Below are positions 8,811-16,338 of a DNA stretch of 24,000 nucleotides, piece by piece (positions within the stretch are counted from its first letter, which is position 1; every line of letters starts with the position of its first letter). The notes beneath the pieces are model-generated. The model was not told the DNA's origin, ran no database searches, and worked only from the letters and a program-made list of their open reading frames with translations. Source of the DNA: Acaryochloris marina S15 (lineage in GTDB: Bacteria; Cyanobacteriota; Cyanobacteriia; Thermosynechococcales; Thermosynechococcaceae). The translations under genes and the position numbers were made by a program. The DNA lies in the NCBI RefSeq assembly GCF_018336915.1, contig NZ_CP064923.1, positions 2,529,812 through 2,553,811 of the forward strand, in the 5' to 3' direction.

Positions 8811-9746
8811 ATGAATGAGAAGGATTTAAAACTCGCAGAAAAAACAGGGCAGTTTGTCCGTCGTTTTCCCGATATATGGCAGGAGTATCAGGACTGGTTA
8901 AGAGCTATTGTCTCTTCTCAGGAAAAACTACAACAACGATATTCAGAGGGGGTAGCAAGTCTGATCTTTCGATGGCGGTTGCTGTATTTTGGCATCTATA
9001 TGTTTGGGATGGTGGGACGGAAAACCGTAGCTCAGATTCTCACCCAGTTATCCAGACCTCAACAAACAAATAATGGTCCTATCGTTAAGCAGGGAGCGAT
9101 CGCAACTCAATCCCTACAAATTAATCGCACCTATTTTATCCTGCAACGAATAGCGACACTTCTAGCAGTGGCGGAATTGACTCTATGTGGTCTAGCAGCA
9201 ATGACGGGAGTCATGCTGGCATTCTACTATCAGCCGACAGCGGTAGGGGCTCATGCATCCTTGCATGCGATCGCATATCAGATCGTCAACGGCAATCTCA
9301 TCCTCAGTCTGCATAACATCGCTGGGAATGGCCTGATTGTTCTCGCATTAGTCCAAATTGTCGTCATGTTTTTGGGACGGCAGTTTATGAGATCTTGGTT
9401 AACCGCCTGGATTAGCGGAATTTGCCTAGCACTAGCAACAATAGGCCTCAGTTGGACAGCCATTATTCTCAATTGGGACCAGGTCGGTTTCTGGCGATTC
9501 AAGATTGAGCTCAATATTATTGGCTCTTTACCCGCAGGCTCATTTCTACGGGAGGTACTGGCTGGCGGGAGTGCCATTAATACCCTGACCCTTCAACATA
9601 TGTATACCTTGCACAGCTACGTACTTGCGATCGCAGCCTTGCTCCTATCCGTTATCCATCTCACTGCCCATATCCTCCAAGAAAAATATTGGGCTCAAAC
9701 TGCTCCTGAAAGCTGGCATTCTTCAGAAGATACAAGCACGATCTAA
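8811..9746 (+). CDS. Membrane protein with a cytochrome b6 / cytochrome b N-terminal-like four-helix core and a roughly 125-aa N-terminal extension
   Basis: The ATG lies 1 nt after the padR stop. The core aligns by eye to PetB: MLAFYYQPT ~ AMTFYYKPT, SLHNIAGNGLIVL ~ SIHRWSASMMVL, NWDQVGFW ~ PWDQVGYW, and TLHSYVL...SVIHL ~ SLHTFVL...LLHFL. Confidence 0.7.
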   Translation: MNEKDLKLAEKTGQFVRRFPDIWQEYQDWLRAIVSSQEKLQQRYSEGVASLIFRWRLLYFGIYMFGMVGRKTVAQILTQLSRPQQTNNGPIVKQGAIATQSLQINRTYFILQRIATLLAVAELTLCGLAAMTGVMLAFYYQPTAVGAHASLHAIAYQIVNGNLILSLHNIAGNGLIVLALVQIVVMFLGRQFMRSWLTAWISGICLALATIGLSWTAIILNWDQVGFWRFKIELNIIGSLPAGSFLREVLAGGSAINTLTLQHMYTLHSYVLAIAALLLSVIHLTAHILQEKYWAQTAPESWHSSEDTSTI

Positions 9747-9782
9747 TGGTTTAGGAATCTAATAGCCGCTAAAAGTCATCCC

Positions 9783-10349
9783 TTAATCGAGCCACTGGAC
9801 TCCATTGCCAGACGTAGGGGGACAGTCATCAATCTGATTAGGCTCTGAAGTCGCAGGCATTTCTTCATTAGGATCGAATTGAATAAACGGATTAACGCTA
9901 ATATCCGTGAGACTATCTGGATCAACAATCATGTATGGCGGTTCCCCAATATGTTCAGGGTAAAACTGCTCTACAAAAAAATCCAAGGTGGCTTGGCGAA
10001 TATAGCCATTCAAAACAGCAAGGGCTCCAAACCGTAACCCCGTCTTTTGCTGAGCTGCCAAAATAGCGTCGACCATATTTCTATCAATCAGTCCAGCCCG
10101 ACGTAAATAGCTACCAATGGGAACTGGATCTGCTTGAGTATCGGGGTAAGGCCACTGATCACCAAAAAAGTCAGCCGTTTGCTGTTGCACCCATCCATGC
10201 AGAGTCAGAATCTCACCTAACCGCATCATTTCATAGAGTCGCTGCTCATACAGAGCAGTTTCCAACTGATGGGCTGAAATCAGATCTGATGCACACAATC
10301 GCTCACCGATTTTGTGAGAATTTTGAATGAGGGTGGGGCCAATGGTCAT
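9783..10349 (-). CDS. Hypothetical protein with two T2SSE_N/MshEN-like helical repeats (188 aa)
   Basis: There are two copies of the pattern (A/S)xQLExAL..Q......(R/M)(L/F)GE/A(I/L)..L.G(W/Y)(V/I).Q.T.DFF. The copies are RLGEILTLHGWVQQQTADFF and RFGALAVLNGYIRQATLDFF. The domain assignment is tentative. Confidence 0.5.
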   Translation of the reverse strand: MTIGPTLIQNSHKIGERLCASDLISAHQLETALYEQRLYEMMRLGEILTLHGWVQQQTADFFGDQWPYPDTQADPVPIGSYLRRAGLIDRNMVDAILAAQQKTGLRFGALAVLNGYIRQATLDFFVEQFYPEHIGEPPYMIVDPDSLTDISVNPFIQFDPNEEMPATSEPNQIDDCPPTSGNGVQWLD

Positions 10350-10507
10350 GGCTTAGCCTACAGAATACACTTTCCCAAAGTAGCAAAATTTCATTCGCGA
10401 AGTGAATATTGTTACGTATAAGGAATAATTCAGGATTGGATTGGATGTCAGAGGAAGGCTTATAACAAGTTACTTAATAATTCAATCGCAAATATTTTCA
10501 CAGAGAT

Positions 10508-10529
10508 TTTATTCATAATTATGAATAAA
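10508..10529. promoter_or_regulatory. Perfect 22-bp AT-rich palindrome, candidate Fur-family-type operator
   Basis: TTTATTCATAATTATGAATAAA is its own reverse complement; I checked all 11 base pairs. It lies about 160 bp upstream of the start (10349) of the minus-strand 188-aa gene and contains -10-like hexamers (CATAAT). Confidence 0.4.
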
Positions 10530-10996
10530 TCTGGATAGAGATCTTAAATGACTCAGAAAAAGCGATTTACCCTGTTAATCAAATTTCCACCATTTTTCTA
10601 CATCTTAAAGATCTGAAATAGGGGACATTTAACAACGGTTGCCAAGCAAAGAGAGGATTTTCTAAGTCTGCATATTTAGAGCTTTCACGGTTCAGAACGC
10701 AGCATGGCAAGCTTTTACCTTTTCCACAGCTAGGCCATAGCTTTGCCTCAATTTAGATGGGTTAAAGCTTTAGTCCATAGTTCAGATGACATCCATATCT
10801 TTTCATCTATGGGCTTTCCCTCACGGGCAATATTGATTTAGTTTTTGTGGCCAGTGTCAAAAATATAGCTATAAGTCAACAAACCCCCCTCATCTTCTAA
10901 ACCAAACAAAGTTCATGAAAATGAGAGGGGCAATCAATAAGAATCGTTATTTAGGTAGAAGATTTACCTAAATGAACGAACGAAGATTAGGGCAGG

Positions 10997-11233
10997 TTAC
11001 CCTTCTCCGCCTTCACCACCATCATCAGAGGAGCTGTCCTCTCCGCCTTCTCCGCCATCATCGGTAGAGCCATCCTCTCCACCTTCTCCGCCATCATCGG
11101 CAGGACTTTCCACAGCTGGGCTGGGGCTTTCCTGTTCTCCCCCTTCACCATTCGTTGTGCCGCCATCGCAGGCGAAAAGGGTAGCAGATAAACCCAGGGC
11201 AAGAAATAACTCAACTGATTTAGAACGTTTCAT
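10997..11233 (-). CDS. Small secreted acidic repeat lipoprotein (78 aa from the ATG at 11233)
   Basis: The signal peptide plus lipobox is MKRSKSVELFLALGLSATLFAC. The mature part is Gly/Asp/Glu-rich, with three DDGGEGGE(D/G) repeats. An upstream in-frame GTG at 11242 is possible but less likely. Confidence 0.6.
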   Translation of the reverse strand: MKRSKSVELFLALGLSATLFACDGGTTNGEGGEQESPSPAVESPADDGGEGGEDGSTDDGGEGGEDSSSDDGGEGGEG

Positions 11234-11674
11234 TGTAGTCACTTAGTTTTTCAACAGAGATGGCATCATCCTACCGTTTATTCAGATCAACTCTCAATAA
11301 ATAGAAGAATATAAGGGTGAATTTCAGATTTTTTCAGGCTTAGATCAACCCTCAAATTAGAGCCTTAAGCATAAAACAGCTTCATAGCATGGCTTTCAGC
11401 AAAACTTTATTAAAAACTCTGGCCTAAATGCTTCAGATTAGAACATCAATCGGATGTTAATAGATTTTACTTTTTAAATAGATTCTCAATTAGAGTCTCT
11501 TCTCACTTAATCATATCGATCCCTAAACCTCATCCAAGTTGAAAAACAAATATCTGGGCTTAAAGCATACAGGGCTTAACAGTGATTCTCTTAACTACCC
11601 ATCGTCGTTGCTGGCAAAAGACCCACTAATTTATTGCCAATATTATCAATACCTGCTTAAATAGCGGAAGAGGC

Positions 11675-11697
11675 TTATTGATTTTAATTCTCAATAA
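11675..11697. promoter_or_regulatory. Inverted repeat TTATTGA-N9-TCAATAA upstream of isiA, candidate Fur-box-like operator
   Basis: The 7-bp arms are perfect (11675-11681 and 11691-11697) in AT-rich DNA about 227 bp upstream of the isiA ATG. GATTTTAATTCTCAATAAA (11680-11698) matches the classical Fur box GATAATGATAATCATTATC at 11 of 19 positions. The site overlaps one copy of a repeated 16-mer (see findings). Confidence 0.35.
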
Positions 11698-11923
11698 ATA
11701 GCGAGCAATAAGTCACACTTCTTTCCTATTCGGTTCTGGGACTGAATAGCAAGAAAACGTAAGGCCAAAAAACATTCGTTGGAAACGGTATTTCTTTGGT
11801 TAGTACAGCCCTCACATCTTGATCAGAGGTTGGTTCCCTCAACCTCTGGCCTTTATTAAATCTTTCACTATGTTCGCAACAGAGCGATAAATATGGACAT
11901 TCTAAAAGGAAGGAGACTTTCCT

Positions 11924-12976
11924 ATGCAAAACTACGGTAACCCTGAAGTTACCTATGGCTGGTGGGCGGGTAATTCGCGCGTAGCCAGCTCTTCAGGTTT
12001 ATTTATTTCTGCCCATACGGGTCATGCTGGCTTGATATCGGTGTGGGCGGGTGGTTTTACATTATTTGAGCTAAGTCGCTACACCACTGACTCTCCCATG
12101 TGGGACCAAGGTCTCGTTCTCCTCCCTCATTTGGCCGCAGAGGGCATTGGCTTCGGTTCAGGTGGAATCCTGGATGATCCTCAACAGCTGGTTGCCGTGG
12201 CTATGGTCCACATCATTGCAGGGGCTGTATTAGGGGCTGGAGCGCTGTTTCATCTCTTAAAAGCTCCCTTAGATTTAAGTGATGCCTCCGGTGCAGCTCG
12301 CACCTACCATTTCGAATGGGACAATACCACTAAACTCGGTCGAATTTTAGGCCATCATCTCCTCATTTTGGGCTTGTATACCCTCCTATTTGTGGGTTGG
12401 GCCATGTATTGGGGAGGACTCTATGACCCTGATTTGCAAGAAGTCAGGTTGGTCACAGATCCCACCCTCAGTCCATCTGTTATTTTTGGCTATCAAACCC
12501 ATTTCGACAGTGTTGACAATTTGGAAGATATTGTCGGTGGCCATATCTTTATTGCTGTCCTAGATATTGTCGGTGGGATTTTCCACTTGCTCGTTCCCAT
12601 GTTGCCTTGGGCCAAGAAGCGAGTTCCTGTCAATGGGGAAGCAATCTTGTCCTATTCCTTAGGAGCAGTGGCTTTCTTCGGTTTCCTGTCCGCCTATTGG
12701 TGTTCGGTCAATACCTATATTTGGCCAGAAGAGTTTTATGGACCTGCTTTGCAAATCGAGTTTGGCTTTACGCCCTACTTTGCAGATACGGTAGATCTCC
12801 CCTACGGCATCCATTCCGCTCGATGCTGGCTTTCGAATACAACCTACATCTTTGCTTTCTATTTTCTCCAAGGTCATCTTTGGCATGCCTTGAGAGGGCT
12901 AGGCTTTAACTTTCGATCAGTCGATCACTTTCTCAATTCTTTGACCGACGAGCAGCTGGCAGTCAAACCAAAGTAA
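11924..12976 (+). CDS. isiA: IsiA/CP43'/Pcb-family chlorophyll-binding antenna protein (350 aa)
   Basis: The N-terminus [20 protein letters not shown]...[21 protein letters not shown] is the CP43-family hallmark. The 350-aa length indicates it lacks the large lumenal loop of PsbC. A flavodoxin gene follows, as in isiAB operons. Confidence 0.9.
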   Translation: MQNYGNPEVTYGWWAGNSRVASSSGLFISAHTGHAGLISVWAGGFTLFELSRYTTDSPMWDQGLVLLPHLAAEGIGFGSGGILDDPQQLVAVAMVHIIAGAVLGAGALFHLLKAPLDLSDASGAARTYHFEWDNTTKLGRILGHHLLILGLYTLLFVGWAMYWGGLYDPDLQEVRLVTDPTLSPSVIFGYQTHFDSVDNLEDIVGGHIFIAVLDIVGGIFHLLVPMLPWAKKRVPVNGEAILSYSLGAVAFFGFLSAYWCSVNTYIWPEEFYGPALQIEFGFTPYFADTVDLPYGIHSARCWLSNTTYIFAFYFLQGHLWHALRGLGFNFRSVDHFLNSLTDEQLAVKPK

Positions 12977-13077
12977 TTGAAAATTGCTAACCGCTACTGC
13001 TCCGCCTGCGCAAGCATTCTCGAATAAGTCTGCGTAGGCCTTATACCCCATTCAACTCCGTTGAATAAGAGCGCCAC

Positions 13078-13130
13078 GGTAAGAGCGTGAACAATCTGAC
13101 CGTTTTACGCTCTTGCCACTTTCTTTTTCA
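13078..13130 (+). terminator. Hairpin plus T-rich tract between isiA and the flavodoxin gene, candidate partial terminator or attenuator
   Basis: GGTAAGAGCGT (13078-13088) pairs with ACGCTCTTGCC (13107-13117) over 11 bp, including one G-U pair. The loop is 18 nt. ACTTTCTTTTTCA follows. Confidence 0.4.
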
Positions 13131-13169
13131 CGAAACTTAGTTTTCTTGTAGTAATCCTTTGGAGTACAT

Positions 13170-13682
13170 ATGTCACAAATCGGAATGTTCTTTGGCACCA
13201 CCACTGGCAAAACAGCAGAAGCTGCTGAAAAGATCCAAGAGGCCTTTGGGGGTGAAGATGTTGTCACACTCATTGAAATCCCAGATGTCGAAGATGGAGA
13301 CTTTTCTAGTTACAATTTCTTGTTGATTGGTTCTCCAACTTGGGATATCGGTGAGCTGCAAAGTGACTGGGACGCTTTTTTCCCTAATTTAGACAGCATT
13401 GACTTTTCCGGTAAGAAAGTGGCCTACTTTGGTACAGGCGATCAGGTGGGCTATGCCGATAACTACATGGATGCCATCGGCATGATTGAGGCAAAAATCA
13501 CTGAGAAGGGCGGCCAAACCGTTGGCTATTGGTCAACGGATGGGTATGAGTTTGATGGCTCCAAGGCAGACAGAGGAGGAAAATTTTGTGGGTTAGCCCT
13601 GGATGAAGATAACCAGTCTGAACTCTCTGATGAGCGCATAGAGGCTTGGGTTGCCCAAGTTAAAACAGAATTCGGAATATAG
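13170..13682 (+). CDS. isiB: Long-chain flavodoxin (170 aa)
   Basis: The FMN phosphate-binding loop is MFFGTTTGKTAEAA. Other flavodoxin motifs are GSPTW and GTGDQVGYADNY. The 170-aa length fits the long-chain class, and the gene sits directly downstream of isiA. Confidence 0.92.
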   Translation: MSQIGMFFGTTTGKTAEAAEKIQEAFGGEDVVTLIEIPDVEDGDFSSYNFLLIGSPTWDIGELQSDWDAFFPNLDSIDFSGKKVAYFGTGDQVGYADNYMDAIGMIEAKITEKGGQTVGYWSTDGYEFDGSKADRGGKFCGLALDEDNQSELSDERIEAWVAQVKTEFGI

Positions 13683-13771
13683 GGTTTCCAACAGCTGGGC
13701 CAGGGACAATCTCTGGCCTTTCATCGACCCCTTTTTTAGAATTCCTTCTAACTACATTTGCGAAAAAATAC

Positions 13772-14518
13772 ATGACTCACTCCATTGATGCCGTTTGGAC
13801 GACGACTAGTCGCTATCTTAAGCGTTTTGACCAACCCCTACTGGATCGGTTGAGAAAGCATACAACGATTGCCCAGTGGCAGTATCAACAATCTGCGGAT
13901 GAACCCAGCTCCCTCAGCACAGCGGTGGATCTCCTCCATGACTACATCCAGAATTTTGACCATCCCATCCACTTAATAGGGCATGGCACAGGTGGGTTAG
14001 TGAGCTTATTGTATGCGCGTCAATGTCCCCAGAATGTTCGATCTCTGACGATGCTCGGTGTGGGGGCATCAGCCACCTTAGATTGGATGGCCCATTACTA
14101 TTTTCATCTCCAGTTTATTCCTAGTAACCGCCGCCAAGTTCTAGCTCAGCTTATTCCCGATCTATTTGGCGAACAAAATTCAACCGTGACTTGCTACCTC
14201 AGTCGGTTGCTGGAAAAGGAAATGATGGTTTCTCCTTCGCCTCATTCATTATTTCAACGCTACAGTTTGCCTCCTAGTGGCGTATCAATGCCCCTGTTTG
14301 TCTGTGGAAGCAAAACCGATCCAGTGGTCGATAGTCAGGCATTGAAGGAATGGCAGCCTTGGATGAAAGGATGCGATCGCATCTGGCAATACAAGAGCGG
14401 TTACCACTTTTTCCACTGTTTTCATCCTCAACCCATTGCTGAACAAATTTTGGACTTTTGGCAAATCGAGTCAGAGCCTTCCATTCCAGCTAAGAACTTA
14501 GATGTTTGCTCTGTTTAA
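13772..14518 (+). CDS. Alpha/beta-hydrolase-fold protein in the IsiC position, with an atypical nucleophile elbow
   Basis: HPIHLIGHGTGGLVSLLYARQCPQNVRSLTMLGV matches the canonical ..HLVGHSMGG..A...P..V..L.L.. region. The third-gene position matches the isiABC operon arrangement. Confidence 0.7.
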   Translation: MTHSIDAVWTTTSRYLKRFDQPLLDRLRKHTTIAQWQYQQSADEPSSLSTAVDLLHDYIQNFDHPIHLIGHGTGGLVSLLYARQCPQNVRSLTMLGVGASATLDWMAHYYFHLQFIPSNRRQVLAQLIPDLFGEQNSTVTCYLSRLLEKEMMVSPSPHSLFQRYSLPPSGVSMPLFVCGSKTDPVVDSQALKEWQPWMKGCDRIWQYKSGYHFFHCFHPQPIAEQILDFWQIESEPSIPAKNLDVCSV

Positions 14519-15137
14519 TTCCGCATCAGTTTTTTACTTTGGTTGTCCGATGGTTTCTTCACTATCCACCGTTCCCCTTTCTTCGTTCATGCACGCTCAA
14601 TCTAGTGCCTTACAATCAACATTTTTCTCAGATCGAGCCTTTTTACCATCTGAATCGCAAGAATTGTGGCAAATTACGCGGGGACTCGTGCGCACCTATA
14701 CCTGGGACTCCAATGGCAACATCACCACCTTGGGAATTTGGGGAACCGGAGATATTGTAGGGCAGCCGTTGTCAAACGTTGCACCGTATATGATCCAGAC
14801 CTTAGGGACCGTTGAAGCGACTGCCTTAGTCTCTAATCAATGGAACAATCCAGAAGCTATTCTCAGCCATGCTCAGCAACTCTCGATTTTACTCAAAATT
14901 ATCAGCATTAAACGAGCAGACGATCGGCTGTTAAGCCTACTCAAATGGTTGGCCCAACGTTTCGGCAATTTGACACCAGCAGGAACTTGTACCACCTTGC
15001 CAATCACCCATCAAGAGTTGGCAGAAACCGCCAATGTCACAAGGGTTACAGCCACTCGACTGATTGGTGATCTGGAACAACAAGGCGTTTTACTTTGGTC
15101 TCGCCGACGTCAGTTTGTGCTGCTGACGCCATCCTAA
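14502..15137 (+). CDS. Crp/Fnr-family transcriptional regulator
   Basis: It has a cNMP-binding-like beta-roll (WQITRGLVRTY..DSNGNITTLGIWGTGDIVG) and a C-terminal HTH (ITHQELAETANVTRVTATRLIGDLEQQGVL). The start is uncertain: ATG 14502 overlaps the upstream gene by 17 nt, and ATG 14550 and ATG 14589 are alternatives. Confidence 0.75.
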   Translation: MFALFNSASVFYFGCPMVSSLSTVPLSSFMHAQSSALQSTFFSDRAFLPSESQELWQITRGLVRTYTWDSNGNITTLGIWGTGDIVGQPLSNVAPYMIQTLGTVEATALVSNQWNNPEAILSHAQQLSILLKIISIKRADDRLLSLLKWLAQRFGNLTPAGTCTTLPITHQELAETANVTRVTATRLIGDLEQQGVLLWSRRRQFVLLTPS

Positions 15138-15244
15138 CGACCCAGCTTTTAACTCAGTCTTGCTCGCCAGCAGCGGTTTCAATCAAGCACCCTTCGTCAA
15201 GGATTGGACGATCTTGAGAGATTCGTCAATATGGCCTTGGAAGT

Positions 15245-16088
15245 GGTTGTGTCGCAAAAAATGCTTCCAGTTACAAAACTCCTCAGATTTCTATCCGAGA
15301 CTATGCAGCTAATCCGAAGATTTGATTGATAAAAGAGATCTGTCCTACCACATCATCTTTGCCCACATTTTTGATCTGACCTTTACGGATCATGTTCATC
15401 GCTTCATACCCTTTTAAGGTTCGTCTAGCCGAGTTAAACGATCCAAATCCCATACCAGGGTTCACGAGACTTTTAATGCCACGATGATCTTGCTCCACTA
15501 TATTATTGAGGTATTTTACCTGCCGTACTTTTACTCCTTCAGGGATACGTTCCTCTTCCTGTAACTGCTCAACAGCAGGAGGATATGCTGGATTCTTGTC
15601 CACATTGATCACCCGAGGTTCATGGGTATGAACGGCATTCAGTGCTTTAGTCAGAAAGCGCTTCGCAGCCTTAGCATCCCGCTTTGCTGTGAGTAAAAAG
15701 TCGAGGGTGTAGCCATCAGAGTCTACGGCTCGATATAGGTATCGCCACTTTTTACGGATTTTGATGTAAGTTTCATCAACTCTCCAAGAATCATTGGTAG
15801 GCTTGAGATGCCGACGACAGCGCTTGTCTAGCTCAGGAGAATATTTGAGAACCCACCGATTGATGGTGCTGTGATCCACCTCTAAGCCCCTCTCTATCAT
15901 CATCTCTTCTAAATTTCTATAGCTGAGGGGATAACGGCAATACCAACAAACATTGAGCAGGATGATCTCAGATTGGTAATGACGCCATTTGAACAGATCA
16001 GTAGTTTTCATTGATGGGAGAGAAAAGGAACAGAGCCTCTCAATTTACCACTGTCTATCGGTCAACACTCTATTTTTGCGACACTACC
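15245..16088 (-). mobile_element. IS6-family insertion sequence, copy 2 (844 bp, inverted relative to copies 1 and 3)
   Basis: It has the same termini as the other copies: GGTTGTGTCGCAAAAA starts at 15245 and TTTTTGCGACACTACC ends at 16088. The flanking 8-mers TTGGAAGT and TGAATTTG differ. Confidence 0.9.
15301..16011 (-). CDS. IS6-family DDE transposase (236 aa)
   Basis: It is identical to the other two copies except for residue 22 (Cys instead of Arg). The cause is a single nucleotide difference at 15948. Confidence 0.9.
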   Translation of the reverse strand: MKTTDLFKWRHYQSEIILLNVCWYCRYPLSYRNLEEMMIERGLEVDHSTINRWVLKYSPELDKRCRRHLKPTNDSWRVDETYIKIRKKWRYLYRAVDSDGYTLDFLLTAKRDAKAAKRFLTKALNAVHTHEPRVINVDKNPAYPPAVEQLQEEERIPEGVKVRQVKYLNNIVEQDHRGIKSLVNPGMGFGSFNSARRTLKGYEAMNMIRKGQIKNVGKDDVVGQISFINQIFGLAA

Positions 16089-16338
16089 TGAATTTGAATT
16101 GGCTCAAAGCAAATCGACTCAAACCGAATCACTGATAACACCCGATCTTGCTCATTCGCTAACTTCACCAAAGCCACAATCAGCACTTTTGACCATAAAT
16201 CTCGGACTCAAGCATGGCCTGTTGTTGACCATAAACGGGCTTCCCTTAAATAGTCAAAAATCCAACTAGCTAGCCCCATTGGGATGAGTTGATGTTGGTA
16301 TGTGCAACAATCAATACACCGCAAACACTTGACGAACT

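Noticed and set aside
8876-9577. ORFs 8876..9073 (+) and 9278..9577 (-) inside the cytochrome-b-like gene
   Set aside because: They are out-of-frame or antisense shadows of a gene with clear PetB-like homology.
10886-10935. Hairpin CCCCTCAT...ATGAGAGGGG as the terminator of the lipoprotein gene
   Set aside because: The stem is only 8 bp with a 2-nt bulge, the loop is long, and the T-tract is weak. This is too marginal to report as a feature.
10987-11214. 75-aa ORF in an alternative frame over the acidic lipoprotein gene
   Set aside because: It overlaps the 10997..11233 frame on the same strand and has no signal or recognisable motif. The other frame gives a textbook signal peptide and lipobox, so I kept that one.
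11726-13361. ORFs 11726..11929 (-), 12607..12909 (+), 12659..12886 (-), 13052..13273 (-), 13173..13361 (-)
   Set aside because: They overlap the isiA leader or coding region or the flavodoxin gene in other frames. The isiA and flavodoxin frames are unambiguous.
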